In this document: positions 48,689 through 62,464 of the stretch, in pieces
Numbering within the stretch: position 1 is the first letter of the stretch
Layout of the letters: the number at the start of each line of letters is the position of its first letter
DNA from: an uncultured Verrucomicrobiae bacterium
GTDB taxonomy: Bacteria > Verrucomicrobiota > Verrucomicrobiia > Chthoniobacterales > UBA10450
Reading direction: 5' to 3'
NCBI GenBank assembly: GCA_963726745.1
Contig: CAVSDR010000003.1
Location: 352,001 to 416,000 of the forward strand
DNA: 64,000 nucleotides
Notes under the pieces: model-generated
What the model was told of the DNA's origin: nothing
The model's input: the letters and a program-made list of their open reading frames with translations, nothing else
The model's database searches: none
Made by a program: the position numbers and the translations under genes

Positions 48689-50151
48689 GAGCGCGGTGGC
48701 TGCGAGCGAAACGCTGAATCGTCTCCGTCATGTAATCGATCATCTCGCTGGTTAATCCTGGATAAACGCCCACGAAAATCGCTTCGTTCATGATCCGGTC
48801 AGCGCCGGCGAGATCGCCAATGATGCGCATGCTTTTCGGGTTTTCTTTTCGAAGCTGCACGAAGGCTGGCTGGCGCACCAGGTTGCCGCCAAAAAGCATC
48901 CGGTTTCCGATGCGCGCGCGGTCCAGTTCCTTGGCTAATTCCAGCCGCGTGAATGGTGCACCCGGCTTCACGAGCAACATGAACCCAAACCAACTGCAAT
49001 CCGTCTGGCAACCGCTCGCAGTCCCACTGAAAGCCGTCGCGCGTCCACGCGGTCGCGTGCGTCGGCAGGGAGAACTCGAAGAACTCCTCGAGATCGGCCA
49101 GCCCGCGGCGGAGCTGTTCCCAGTTTGCTTTTCGCGCTTCCACGAACGCCGGCAGCTTGTCGAGTTGCTTTAAGCCAATCGCCGCCTGCGGGTCGAGCGG
49201 CTTCAGGTTATAGCCGAGGTGGCTGTAGATATATTTGTGGTCGTAGCCGTGCGGAAGCTCGCCGAGTTGCCAGCCAAAGCGCTTGTTGCAGGTGTTATCC
49301 ATCCCGCTGGCGCACCAGCAATCGCGGCCCCAGTCGCGGAAGCTTTCCACCAGCACCTTGAAGTGCATCCGGCTGACGATATTGACCGCGCCGCCTTCAC
49401 CGAGGGTGAGGTGATGCGGCGGGTAAAACGATTGCGTGGAGAGATCGCCCCAGGTGCCGGTCGGCTTGGTCACGCTCTCGCCCGACGGCAGCTTGCGCGT
49501 GTAGGTGCAACCAAGCGCGTCGCAGTTGTCCTCGATCAGGGTGAGATTGTGCTTCGCGCAAAATTGGAGCACGGCATCGAGCTGGAAAGGATTGCCGAGC
49601 GTGTGCGCGAACATGACCGCCTTCGTCTTCCCCGGGGTGAAAGCTTCTTCGAGCATGCGCACATCGGCGTTGCCGGTTACCGGGTCGTTATCGATGAAGA
49701 CTGGCACGGCGCCGTTCTGGATCATCGGCGCGACCGTGGTCGGGAACCCCGCGGCGCAGGTGATCACCTCGTCCCCCGGGAGCACGCGCTTTTCGTCGGG
49801 CAATTTATGACTCGTTAGGGCGCTGAAGGCCACGAGATTGGCCGAGGAACCAGAGTTGACCAGGATCGACTTTTTGACCCCGAGAAATTTAGCCAGCCGG
49901 CTCTCGAACTCCTCGCCTTCCTTCCCCAGGGTGAGCCAAAAATCGAGCATGCTCGAAACGCCTGCCTCGACTTCGTCCTCGGTGAAAACGCGGCCGGCAT
50001 ACGGCACCGTGGTTTCGCCCGGGACAAATTTAGCCGGCAAATTCTCCTCGTAGCCGGGCCGCTGGGCGCCGTGCATTTGCCGCGAATACTCGCGGGTCAG
50101 GCGCAGGATTTCGGATTTGATTTCGTCGGGCGTTTTCAAGCTTTCGTCCAT
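48672..50151 (-). CDS. rfbH: CDP-4-keto-6-deoxy-D-glucose 3-dehydrase (E1); +1 indel near 49020
   Basis: [33 protein letters not shown] (His in place of the PLP Lys), [14 protein letters not shown] Fe-S motif, GYDHKY; C-terminus (SWFGF...LFGGNL) in second frame. Confidence 0.92.
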
Positions 50152-51239
50152 GGCAGGTCGCTGCGCGCGGCGGCGGATTGGTAAGCTTCAATCTGTTGGC
50201 GCGTGAAGGCCAATAATTCCGCGCTCTCCAGCTTTTGCGCCTGGCGATACCACTGCGCGGTCGCCTCCACGGTTTGCTCGAAATTCCAGGCCGGGCGCCA
50301 GTCAAGCAAATGGAACGCCTTGTCGGTCGCGAGATTGAGCAGCTTCGCTTCGTGAACCGCGCGGGGATCTGATTGATCGCTCCATGCGCCCGGCCAATGC
50401 CGGAGAAATTCCTCGACCAACTGCGCCACCGTGCGGTTCGAGCTGAGGCTCGGCCCGAAATTGAAAGCGCTGGCTAAATCCTCCAGGCGACGGCCCGCCG
50501 CGAGCGCTTGTCCGAGGGCGAGATATCCGCTCAGCGGCTCGAGCACATGCTGCCACGGGCGGGTGGAAACCTTGTTCCGCACCGGAATGGCTTCGCCGCG
50601 CTGGAGCGCGCGCACGCTGTCGGGAATGATCCGATCCTCCGCCCAGTCGCCGCCGCCGATCACGTTGCCGGCGCGCGCGCTCGCGAGGCGCACTTTCGGA
50701 TCGGTCGTCGGGTGGAAGAACGAGCGCCGGTAAGCGCCGATCGCGATTTCCGCCGCGGCCTTGCTCGAGCTGTAGGGATCGTAACCGCCTAACGAGTCCT
50801 CCTCGCGGTAGCTGTGGAGCCATTCGCGGTTCTCGTAGCATTTGTCGGTCGTGACCATGACCGCGGCGCAGGGGTGCTCCACTGCCCGCAGCGCCTCGAG
50901 CACATGGACCGTGCCCATGACGTTGGTCGCGTAAGTTTCGACCGGTTCGCGATAGGAAAGGCGGACCAGCGGCTGAGCCGCGAGATGAAAGACGAAGTCC
51001 GGCCGGAAGGCGATAAGCGACGCTTTCACCGCCGCCGGATCGCGCACATCGCTGATCTCGTGCGCCAGTTTAGCCGACAACTTCAGCTGCTCGAACAGGC
51101 TCGGGGTGGTCGGCGGCTCCAGCGCAAAACCGTGCACCTCGGCGCCAAGTTCGCTCAGCCAGAGCGCAAGCCACGAGCCCTTGAAGCCGGTGTGCCCCGA
51201 GAGCCAGACGCGCTTCCCTGCATAAGCTCCCGCAAACAT
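50136..51239 (-). CDS. rfbG: CDP-glucose 4,6-dehydratase
   Basis: [60 protein letters not shown]. Confidence 0.95.
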   Translation of the reverse strand: MFAGAYAGKRVWLSGHTGFKGSWLALWLSELGAEVHGFALEPPTTPSLFEQLKLSAKLAHEISDVRDPAAVKASLIAFRPDFVFHLAAQPLVRLSYREPVETYATNVMGTVHVLEALRAVEHPCAAVMVTTDKCYENREWLHSYREEDSLGGYDPYSSSKAAAEIAIGAYRRSFFHPTTDPKVRLASARAGNVIGGGDWAEDRIIPDSVRALQRGEAIPVRNKVSTRPWQHVLEPLSGYLALGQALAAGRRLEDLASAFNFGPSLSSNRTVAQLVEEFLRHWPGAWSDQSDPRAVHEAKLLNLATDKAFHLLDWRPAWNFEQTVEATAQWYRQAQKLESAELLAFTRQQIEAYQSAAARSDLPWTKA

Positions 51240-52022
51240 CTACCAGACTTTCCAGGGCGCGCGGTTCTCGCTCCACATCCCGTTCAGGAGGGTGAACTCC
51301 TGGAAGGTGTCCATCGGTTGCCAGAAACCCTCGTGTTTGTAGGCGCCCATAAGGCCATCCTCAGCCACGTTTTTGAGCGTTTCCTGCTCGAGCATGGTCT
51401 CGGGAAATTTTTCGATGTAATCGAACAAGCGCCGGTCGCAGACCATATAACCGCCGTTGATATAGCCGGTCTCGAGCTGCGGCTTTTCGTTAAAGCCATG
51501 GACCGCCGAGTCGTCTCCCATGCTCAACTCGCCGAAGCGCCCCGGCGGATGCACCGCCATGAGCGTGCAGACCTTCTTCGAAGCCTGATGCGCCGCGATC
51601 GCCCCGGGAATATCGACGTTGCCCACGCCGTCGCCGTAGGTCAGGAGAAACGTTTGGTCATCGCCGAGATATTTACGCGCGCGATAAATGCGTTCGCCGG
51701 TGAGCGAATCGGCGCCGGTATCGGCCAGAGTCACCTGCCAATCTTCCTCGGTGTGGCGGGTGTGAAATCTGGCCTGCGGTTCCTGCCCGAGATAGAGCGT
51801 GGTGTCGCAGGTGTTCCAGAGATAGTTCCGGAAGTATTCCTTGATCACCTCGCCCTTGTAGCCCAGGCAAAGGATGAACTCCTTGAAGCCGTAATGCGCG
51901 TACGTCTTCATGATGTGCCAGAGAATCGGCCGATCGCCGATCGGGAGCATGGGCTTCGGGCGAAACTCCGTTTCTTCCCGGAGCCGCGTGCCTTTTCCGC
52001 CGCAAAGGATCATCACTTTCAT
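51240..52022 (-). CDS. rfbF: Glucose-1-phosphate cytidylyltransferase
   Basis: ILCGGKGTRLREETEFRPKPM, WHIMK.Y, LTYGDGV, INGG, GFWQPMDT, APWKVW. Confidence 0.95.
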   Translation of the reverse strand: MKVMILCGGKGTRLREETEFRPKPMLPIGDRPILWHIMKTYAHYGFKEFILCLGYKGEVIKEYFRNYLWNTCDTTLYLGQEPQARFHTRHTEEDWQVTLADTGADSLTGERIYRARKYLGDDQTFLLTYGDGVGNVDIPGAIAAHQASKKVCTLMAVHPPGRFGELSMGDDSAVHGFNEKPQLETGYINGGYMVCDRRLFDYIEKFPETMLEQETLKNVAEDGLMGAYKHEGFWQPMDTFQEFTLLNGMWSENRAPWKVW

Positions 52023-53314
52023 TTGGGTGCTGCGGGAGCTCGCAAAATGGAGTTCGCCGACGGCGCGGAAGGTCCGTCGAAAGCGAGGCCAAGTCTAGTG
52101 CCCGGTTTCGGGAGGAAGCGCTCGGCTGCCTGGGCGACCTCAGTTGCACCCAAGGCCCGTGCCGTCAGCAGCACTTCGCTGATCCGGCCGCGATACGGAC
52201 GGTCGCCCCGGAACCAATTGCCCACCGTGAGCGGGGTGTCGCTCGCGGTCATCGGCTGTTCCAAGACCAAGCTTTGTTGCAGCGCTCCGTCGAGGTAGAT
52301 GGCCACCTGTTTAGCCGAAGACGAGACCACCAGATGGTGTTCACGTTGCGCTTCCACGGAGATTGGCTTGCTGCTCATGAAGGAATTTCCCTGCCCGAAG
52401 TGACACTGAATTTCATTCGGCGCCCCGCTGCCTTGAATCGTGAAACCGTCGAAATGGGCTCCCGGATGATTGGAGAGCAAAGTGGCGTAAGGAACCTCCA
52501 CGGCAGCCGGAGTGAAGATCATTTCGATCGAGAAGTCACCGGCGAGCTGGAAAAGTCGCCAATCGAAAGGATAACTCACGCAGGCCCCGTCTGCGTCGAA
52601 CAAGGCGTGCGGCGGATCGAGGAGAACCGCATGGCGATGCTGGCCTGCGACCCGCTGTGCGACCGGGTAAAGGATGGCGTTGAAGTGGTCCCAGTTGATC
52701 TGCGAGAGCGCTGCGAAACCGAAGACGCGGCCCGCTACGCTGGCCCAGATCGCCAACAACAGGGCAGCGCCAAGCGCGCTCCTGCGGACCCATTTCTCCT
52801 TCCGCGCGGCGACGCTCAAGAATCGATCCTGCAGGCTGATCGCCGACAGCAGCAGCCCCGCCAGCCCCAAGGTCAGCGGCATCGTCCCGCTGCCAAATGC
52901 ATCCTGGAAGACTTCCAGCCGATGCGCTGCGACCAGGATCCAGCCAACAGCCAAAGCTGCCGCTCCCAAGGCTCCGAGATAATGACGCGAGCAAGCCGCC
53001 TCTTGCCCTGCCAGCCAATGATGCCGCACCCGCCGCGTCATTCTATGCGCGACAAAAACACCGAGGGGGCTCGCCAGGACGAGGAGCACATAAAGCGTGC
53101 GCTCGCCTGGCTCGGGAGCCAAAGCCTGCGCCGCCCAGGGGACAAGTTGATCCTTGCTCGAGAGATCCGGTTCCCGCCACGGATGCAGCTTAACGAGGAT
53201 GAAACCCAGGGCCCAAAGGAGCAGAACCGTCAACAGCCAGGTGCAAACGGCGTCGCCAATTTCCTCACGACTCCGCGCTCTCATCGGTCCCAGAGAAATA
53301 GCCAGCGTTTTCAC
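52019..53314 (-). CDS. Membrane protein with C-terminal LamG/concanavalin-like domain
   Basis: About 5 N-terminal TM segments, then FSIEMIF...HHLVV....IYLDG....LTVG....YRGRISEV (LamG-like); ATGA overlap with rfbF. Confidence 0.55.
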   Translation of the reverse strand: MKTLAISLGPMRARSREEIGDAVCTWLLTVLLLWALGFILVKLHPWREPDLSSKDQLVPWAAQALAPEPGERTLYVLLVLASPLGVFVAHRMTRRVRHHWLAGQEAACSRHYLGALGAAALAVGWILVAAHRLEVFQDAFGSGTMPLTLGLAGLLLSAISLQDRFLSVAARKEKWVRRSALGAALLLAIWASVAGRVFGFAALSQINWDHFNAILYPVAQRVAGQHRHAVLLDPPHALFDADGACVSYPFDWRLFQLAGDFSIEMIFTPAAVEVPYATLLSNHPGAHFDGFTIQGSGAPNEIQCHFGQGNSFMSSKPISVEAQREHHLVVSSSAKQVAIYLDGALQQSLVLEQPMTASDTPLTVGNWFRGDRPYRGRISEVLLTARALGATEVAQAAERFLPKPGTRLGLAFDGPSAPSANSILRAPAAPK

Positions 53315-53570
53315 TCGTGCCCGGGCAACTCCGCCGGTCTCCTGTCTGCCTTCTTCAATGCGCGCGGAAGCTAACGGAGTCGCCTACGCGCAACCAACAC
53401 TTTCGACCTTCGAACCAGCTTCTCCTGCGGGCCAAAATTCCGTGCCCTTCCTCGCGGAAATCCAGGCGAAGACTGTGTCGGTCTGCGTATCTTCGAGACC
53501 TATCGCCGCGCCATTAGACAGCAAGACGACGGTCCGCATCCCCTCCGATCTTCGCGGGGAACCGCGCCGC

Positions 53571-54800
53571 ATGCCCACGGGCCAGGTCAGCCTGCGGCAT
53601 ACCTTTCGCGCGCTGCGGCACCGAAACTATCGGCTCTTCTTTTACGGGCAGCTGGTCTCGCTCATCGGCACCTGGATGCAGCAGACGGCGATGGCCTGGC
53701 TGGTCTACGATCTCACCGGCTCGAAATTCTTATTAGGCGCGATCACCGCGGTCGGCTCCGCGCCGATGATGATCTTTTCCCTTTGGGGCGGCGCATTGGC
53801 CGATCGTTACCCGAAACGGAACATCCTTCTGGTCACGCAGGTCTTCGAGATGGCTTTCGCGTTTCTCCTCGGTGTGCTCGTGCTCCTGCAACTCGCTTCG
53901 CCGACCACGATCATGCTCATCGCCGCGTGCAACGGCATCGCGCTTGGCTTTGAGATGCCGGCACGCCAGGCCTTCACCGTGGAGATGGCCAGCCGCGAGG
54001 ATTTGCTCAACGCCATCTCACTGAACAGTTCGATCTTTAACGGCGCGCGCATCGTCGGGCCGTCGATCGCCGGGTTGATCATCGCGAGCTTTGGGACGGC
54101 GGCTTGCTTCTTCATTAACGGGATCAGCTTTGTCGCGGTCATTGCCGGCTACCTGATGATGGAGGTCCCGCGGCAGGCGACCGCAAACGATGGTGAAGCC
54201 AGTCCGCCCTTGCTCAGCGGGATCCATTATGTGCTCAGCAATCGTCGGGTGCGCACGATCCTCTCGCTTTTCGCGGTCGTGGGCATCTTCGGCTGGTCCT
54301 ACGCGGTGCTCATGCCGGCCTTCGCGCGCGACGTCTTGCACCTCGGGCCAAACGGCTACGGCGTGCTCATGTCGGCCAGCGGCATCGGCGCGCTCATGGC
54401 GGCGCTGGGCGTGGCGACCTATGGCGATCGCTTTTCGCCCGCGCGCGATGGCGCTGGGCGGCGTCTGGATTTTCTCCGGCTCGGTCGTGGGTCTGGCCCT
54501 TACGAACAATTTCTGGGTATCCCTCGGGCTTCTCTTCATCAGTGGTCTCGGGATGCTGCTCTTCTTCTCCACGTCCAATACGGTGCTGCAGATGATTGTG
54601 CCCGACCACATGCGCGGGCGGGTCATGGGCGTTTGGTCGCTGATCTTTGGCGCGATGATCCCGCTCGGGAGCCTGCAGGCGGGAGCGGTCGCCGACTGGC
54701 TGGGCACGCAGTTCTCCCTCGCAGTCGGCGGAGTGGTTTGCGCGGTCGGCGCGCTCATCGCCCTCCTTGCGATTCGCCGACGCATCGCCGCCGAAGCGGC

Positions 54801-54804
<4 letters not shown>
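53571..54804 (+). CDS. MFS transporter (MFS_3/DUF894-like); +1 indel near 54440
   Basis: [61 protein letters not shown]-terminal [15 protein letters not shown] in second frame. Confidence 0.88.
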
Positions 54805-57450
<2,646 letters not shown>

Positions 57451-57507
57451 GCGCAGGTCACAGTATGGGCAATCGCGCGCTGCCGTCGAATTGAACGTGC
57501 GCCCGGC

Positions 57508-60243
57508 TCAAAGAGTGAAGGCTTCCTCGATCAACTGCGCCTGCTCGCGCTTATGCCAGGCGAGCGCACCGACCGCCGGGCTGGCGCTGGCGTTGCGGCC
57601 GGCATAGGTGATTTCGCGGCCGAAGAGCTTCCGCAGGCGTGGCTCGATGAAGCTCCACGCGCCCATGTTTTGCGATTCCTCCTGGCACCAGACGAGCTTC
57701 GCCTGCGCCCCGAAGTTGCCGACTAATTTCTCCAGCTTCTCGGTGCAGAGCGGATAGAGCTGCTCCAGCCTAACGAGTGCTGTTTGCTCGAGCTTCTTCT
57801 CCGTCCGGTAGGCCAGCAGATCGTAGTAAACTTTCCCCGAGCACAGGATCACCCGCTCGGCCTGCGCGTGGCCCGGGCCGGCGAGGATTTCCTCGAACTG
57901 TCCGCCGGTGAAATCCTCCGTGCGCGAGGTGGCAAACTCCGCGCGCAGGAGACTCTTCGGCGTCATGATGATGAGCGGCTTCTTGAAGTCGCGCTTCATC
58001 TGCCGGCGGAGGACGTGGAAATACTGCGCCGGCGTGGTCAGGTTGCAGACCTGGATGTTCTCCTCCGCGCAAGCCTGGAGAAAGCGCTCGAGGCGCGCGC
58101 TGGAATGCTCCGGACCCTGGCCTTCGTAGCCGTGCGGCAGCAGCAGGACGATGCCGCTTGGGCGTTGCCACTTCGATTCCGCGGAGACGATGAACTGGTC
58201 GATGATCACCTGCGCGCCATTCGCGAAATCGCCGAACTGCGCTTCCCAAAGACAAAGCATCTTCTGGTAGTTGATCGAGTAGCCGTAATCGAAACCGAGG
58301 ACCGCGGCCTCCGAGAGCAGGCTGTTGTAGAGGCAAATGCGCGCCTGGTCCTCCGCAAGGTGAAGCAAAGGGATGTAGGGCTTGCCGGTCTTCGCCTCAT
58401 AGAGAACCGCGTGGCGATGGCTGAAGGTGCCGCGCCGGCTGTCCTGCCCGGAGAGCCGCACCGGCGTGCCCTCGACGAGTAACGAGCCAAAGGCCAACGC
58501 CTCGGCGAAGCCCCAGTCATACGGCCCGCCCTCCTCGTAAACTTTGCGCCGATGATCGAGCACGATGCGCTTGATCTTTGGCTGCACATTGAAGTCCTCC
58601 GGCACGCGCGTGAGCCCTTCGGCCAGCGTCCGGAGCAGCTCCGGGCTGATCGCGGTCGGCGGTGAATCGGTCGAATACTGCGGCTGAAAGATCGCGGTCG
58701 ATTCGTTGAACTGCTCCTTGCGATCGGCCGGCTTCGTTTCCTTCGCCTTCACCTCGTCGAAGGCCGCCTGCATCTTCTGCTCGAAGGCTTGCTCCAGCTG
58801 CGTGGCTTCCTCCTCGGTGAGCACGCCTTCCTCGATCAACTGCGCGCGGTAGAGCTTCGCAATCGAAGGCCGCTGGTCGATCTTCGCGTAGAGATCCGGC
58901 TGGGTAAACGATGGCTCGTCGCCTTCGTTGTGCCCGTAGCGCCGGTAGCAATACATGTCGATCACGATGTCGCGTCCGAATTCCTGGCGGAAGTCTAACG
59001 AGAGCTGAGTCACGAAGTGGACCGCGAGCGGGTCGTCGCCATTCACATGCAGGATCGGGACCTCGATCATCTTCGCGATGTCGGTGGCATACATCGAGGA
59101 ACGCGCATCCTCGGGCAAGGTGGTGAAGCCGATCTGGTTGTTCACCACCACGTGGACCGTGCCGCCGGTGCTGTAGCCGGGGAGCTGCGACATGTTGAGC
59201 GTTTCCATGACCACGCCCTGGCCGGCGAAAGCGGCGTCGCCGTGCACCAAAAGAGGCAGCACTTTCCGCCGATGCTCGGTGTCGCCGCGGATGCGCTGGC
59301 GGGCGCGCGCGGTGCCCTCGACCACCGGGTCGACCGCCTCGAGATGGCTCGGATTGGCCGCGAGGCGAATCTCCACCTCCGCGCCGCTCTCCAGTTTCCG
59401 CACCGTCTTATAGCCGAGGTGATACTTCACGTCGCCATCGCCCGCCACGAGGTCGGGCACGTAGTTGGTGCTGAACTCGGTGAAGATCACGCGGAAGGAC
59501 TTCTGCACGAAATTAGCCAGCACATTGAGCCGGCCGCGGTGCGCCATCCCCATGCAGATTTCCTCCACGCCACTGCGCGGGCAGTTCTGCAAAATCGTGT
59601 CGAGCACCACCATGAGTGACTCCGCGCCTTGCAGCGAAAAGCGCTTCTGCCCGACGTAGCGCGTATGGAGAAAGGTCTCGAACTGCTCCGACTCGAGGAG
59701 CGTGCGCAGCATCTGGATCTGCTGCTCGCGAGTCGCCGCGGACTTCGGCGGCCGCGACTCCAGGCGGTGGCGCACCCAGTTGCGGATGCGCGGATTCTGA
59801 ATGTGCTGGAACTCGGCGCCGATGGTGTCGGCGTAGATGTGCTCGAGGCGCGCGATCATTTCGCGCAGGCTCATCCGCTGGTTATCGAGGAAGAACTTCG
59901 AGGAAACCTGGAGATCGAGATCTTTCTCGCTGAAGCCGAGCTCGCGCAGGGTGAGCAGCGGATTCTCCGGGCGCTTCTCGGCCAGCGGATTCAGGCGCGC
60001 GATCGTGTGGCCGAGCGTGCGGTAGGCGTAGACCAGGCCATCCACGCGCGTCTGCAGCGGACCCTCGGCGACGTCGGTGGGCGCGAGCGCGGCGGCGCCA
60101 TTGCGCAGCGGCATTTCGCCTAGCTCAAATCCCTCGAAGAACGCGTTCCAGCCAGTGTCGACCGCGGAAGCGTCTTCCTGCCAGCGGCGGTAGTTCTCCT
60201 CGATCAGGTCAAGATTCAGATGGGTCGCAAACGAAGGACGCAT
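57508..60243 (-). CDS. sucA: 2-oxoglutarate dehydrogenase E1
   Basis: GQKRFSL, GMAHRGRLNVL, GDVKYHLG, NPSHLEAV, HGDAAFAGQG, WEAQFGDFANGAQ, GYEGQGPEHSSAR; ATG at 60243. Confidence 0.96.
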   Translation of the reverse strand: MRPSFATHLNLDLIEENYRRWQEDASAVDTGWNAFFEGFELGEMPLRNGAAALAPTDVAEGPLQTRVDGLVYAYRTLGHTIARLNPLAEKRPENPLLTLRELGFSEKDLDLQVSSKFFLDNQRMSLREMIARLEHIYADTIGAEFQHIQNPRIRNWVRHRLESRPPKSAATREQQIQMLRTLLESEQFETFLHTRYVGQKRFSLQGAESLMVVLDTILQNCPRSGVEEICMGMAHRGRLNVLANFVQKSFRVIFTEFSTNYVPDLVAGDGDVKYHLGYKTVRKLESGAEVEIRLAANPSHLEAVDPVVEGTARARQRIRGDTEHRRKVLPLLVHGDAAFAGQGVVMETLNMSQLPGYSTGGTVHVVVNNQIGFTTLPEDARSSMYATDIAKMIEVPILHVNGDDPLAVHFVTQLSLDFRQEFGRDIVIDMYCYRRYGHNEGDEPSFTQPDLYAKIDQRPSIAKLYRAQLIEEGVLTEEEATQLEQAFEQKMQAAFDEVKAKETKPADRKEQFNESTAIFQPQYSTDSPPTAISPELLRTLAEGLTRVPEDFNVQPKIKRIVLDHRRKVYEEGGPYDWGFAEALAFGSLLVEGTPVRLSGQDSRRGTFSHRHAVLYEAKTGKPYIPLLHLAEDQARICLYNSLLSEAAVLGFDYGYSINYQKMLCLWEAQFGDFANGAQVIIDQFIVSAESKWQRPSGIVLLLPHGYEGQGPEHSSARLERFLQACAEENIQVCNLTTPAQYFHVLRRQMKRDFKKPLIIMTPKSLLRAEFATSRTEDFTGGQFEEILAGPGHAQAERVILCSGKVYYDLLAYRTEKKLEQTALVRLEQLYPLCTEKLEKLVGNFGAQAKLVWCQEESQNMGAWSFIEPRLRKLFGREITYAGRNASASPAVGALAWHKREQAQLIEEAFTL

Positions 60244-60281
60244 GTCGTCGCAAATCTGCCGCCAATGCCGTCGCGGGCAAG

Positions 60282-60310
60282 TTGACAGTGGGAAAGCGGG
60301 CTCGTTACTT
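60282..60310 (+). promoter_or_regulatory. Putative sigma70-type promoter for the HtrA-like gene
   Basis: TTGACA (60282-60287), 17-nt spacer, TTACTT, 9 nt before the ATG at 60320. Confidence 0.35.
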
Positions 60311-60319
60311 GCCTCGCTC

Positions 60320-61468
60320 ATGACCCGGGCAAATCCGTTTCTCCTTCTCGCCCTCGCGCTCGCGCTGCTTGCGAGCGCCCCGGTCGGCGCGCAAAACGAA
60401 CCGGCGACCGAGCCCGCCGTGCTCGCGCTCGGGAAGGTTTTGCCGGCGGTGGTCAACATCAACACCGAGCGCGTGGTCCGCCGGCGGGTGCGCGATCCCT
60501 TCGAGGATTTCGCGGCGCAATATTTCGGCAATTTCCGCTCTCGCCCGCGCGAGATTCGCCAGACCCTGCAAAGCCTGGGGACCGGCTTCATCGTCGATCC
60601 CGCGGGCTACATCGTGACCAACCAGCACGTGGTCGAGCGCGCGGCCGACCTCAAAATTGAAGTGACGCTGAACGACGGGCGCACGGTCCCGGCGCGCTTC
60701 ATCACCGGCGACGAGAAGAAGGATCTCGCCTTCATCAAGATCGAAAACCAGGAGCCGCTCCCGTTTATCGACTTGAACAATTTGTCGCCTAATTTGCTCG
60801 GCCAAACCGTGCTCGTCGTCGGCAACGCGCTCGGTTACACGAGCTCGGTCAGCCGCGGCGTGCTCAGCGGCATGAAGCGCGACATCACGATCGACGAGAC
60901 GGAATTCAAGAACCTGCTCCAGACCGACGCGGCGATTAATCCGGGCAACAGCGGTGGGCCATTGATCGACATCTCCGGCCGGCTCGTCGGGATCAGCTCG
61001 GCGAAAATGGCTTTCACCCCGCAAGGCATCCCTACGCAAGGCGTCGGCTTTGCCATTCCCGGTGAAACCGTGCGCGACACGGTGAAAGAATTCCTCAAGG
61101 TGGCGCAGAACCAACCGGCTCCGAAAAAGCCGGACGCGGCCGGAAATAGTCAGCAAGCTTCAACCGCGGAACGCCTCTTCGGGCTGCAGTTGCAAGACCT
61201 GACTCCAGCGCTCTCCGATGCGCTCGGCCTGGCGCCAAATCGCGGCGTGCTCGTGAGCGCGGTGGAACCGGAAAGCCCGGCGGCGGAAGCGGGAATCGCG
61301 CGCGGCCTCGTGATTTATCGCGTGGGCCGCTACGATGTCCGGAGCGCGGCGCAGATCGAGAAACTGCTCGCGCGCGCCACTTCCGGCACGACAATCACGT
61401 TGACCGTCGGCCTGCTGCGCAGCAGCGGCTCGCAGCGCGTGGAGACGGTCTCGCTCACGGCGCGTTGA
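60320..61468 (+). CDS. HtrA/DegP-family trypsin-like serine protease with PDZ domain
   Basis: Signal peptide; SLGTGFI, TNQHVV, DLAFIKI, QTDAAINPGNSGGPL; PDZ (VEPESPAAEAGI). Confidence 0.92.
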   Translation: MTRANPFLLLALALALLASAPVGAQNEPATEPAVLALGKVLPAVVNINTERVVRRRVRDPFEDFAAQYFGNFRSRPREIRQTLQSLGTGFIVDPAGYIVTNQHVVERAADLKIEVTLNDGRTVPARFITGDEKKDLAFIKIENQEPLPFIDLNNLSPNLLGQTVLVVGNALGYTSSVSRGVLSGMKRDITIDETEFKNLLQTDAAINPGNSGGPLIDISGRLVGISSAKMAFTPQGIPTQGVGFAIPGETVRDTVKEFLKVAQNQPAPKKPDAAGNSQQASTAERLFGLQLQDLTPALSDALGLAPNRGVLVSAVEPESPAAEAGIARGLVIYRVGRYDVRSAAQIEKLLARATSGTTITLTVGLLRSSGSQRVETVSLTAR

Positions 61469-61531
61469 GCGGGCGGGAATTTTTTCGCAACGTCCCGGCG
61501 CCTCGATTGTCTCAAAAATTTATCCGGCAAC

Positions 61532-62464
61532 ATGATCAAGGTCGAAAACCTCACCAAACGCTACGCGGGCCACACGGCGATCGACGATCTCTCGTTTGAG
61601 GTCGGGAAGGGCGAGATCATGGGCTTCCTCGGGCCGAATGGCGCGGGCAAAAGCACCACCATGCGCATTCTCTCGAGCTTCATGCCGCCGACTTCCGGGC
61701 GGGTGAGCATCGCCGGCTTCGACATCTTCGAGCAATCGCTCCAGGCCCGCGCGCATCTCGGTTACATGCCGGAAAATGTCCCGCTCTATAACGACATGCG
61801 CGTGACCGAATACCTGGATTACCGCGCGGCGCTCAAGGGCGTGCCGCATCGCCGGGTGAACGAGCGCGTAGGCGACGTAAAGGAACTTTGCGGACTCAAA
61901 GAAGTGGAGAAGAAGCTCATCGGCGCGCTCTCGAAAGGCTACCGGCAGCGCGTGGGTTTAGCCGACGCTTTGGTGCACGAGCCCGATCTCTTGATTCTCG
62001 ACGAACCGACCAGCGGCCTCGACCCGAACCAGATTCGCCAGGTGCGCGACCTGATCAAAAACCTCGGGAAACAGCACACGATTCTGCTTTCGACCCACAT
62101 CCTGCCGGAAGTGGAAATGACCTGCTCGCGCGTGATCATCATCAACCGGGGAAAGATCGAAGCGTGCGACACGCCAGAGAATTTGCTCGGTGAAATTCGC
62201 ACCGCCGGCGGCGTGACCTTGGAAGCAAAAGTGAGCGCCGCGGAAGGGGCCGAAGAATTGCGTAAAATCGCCGGCGTGCGCGACGTGACCCCATCCGCGA
62301 GCGAAGGCGAATGGCAGACCTTCGCCCTGCGCGTGGAATCCGGCGCGGACGTGCGCGAGGAAGTCTTTCGCCTCGCGGCCGACCGGCGCTGGAGCGTGCG
62401 CGAACTCTCGCAACGCCGCGCGACCCTGGAGGATGTCTTTGTCGAATTGACCCACGCGGAATGA
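61532..62464 (+). CDS. ABC transporter ATP-binding protein (GldA-like)
   Basis: GPNGAGKST, LSKGYRQRVGLA, LDEPTSGLDPNQ, STHILPEVE. Confidence 0.92.
   Translation: MIKVENLTKRYAGHTAIDDLSFEVGKGEIMGFLGPNGAGKSTTMRILSSFMPPTSGRVSIAGFDIFEQSLQARAHLGYMPENVPLYNDMRVTEYLDYRAALKGVPHRRVNERVGDVKELCGLKEVEKKLIGALSKGYRQRVGLADALVHEPDLLILDEPTSGLDPNQIRQVRDLIKNLGKQHTILLSTHILPEVEMTCSRVIIINRGKIEACDTPENLLGEIRTAGGVTLEAKVSAAEGAEELRKIAGVRDVTPSASEGEWQTFALRVESGADVREEVFRLAADRRWSVRELSQRRATLEDVFVELTHAE

Noticed and set aside
53379..53400. CCTACGCG resembling the tRNA-Lys 3' end (possible attR)
   Set aside because: Only 8 nt match, expected by chance; no integrase nearby
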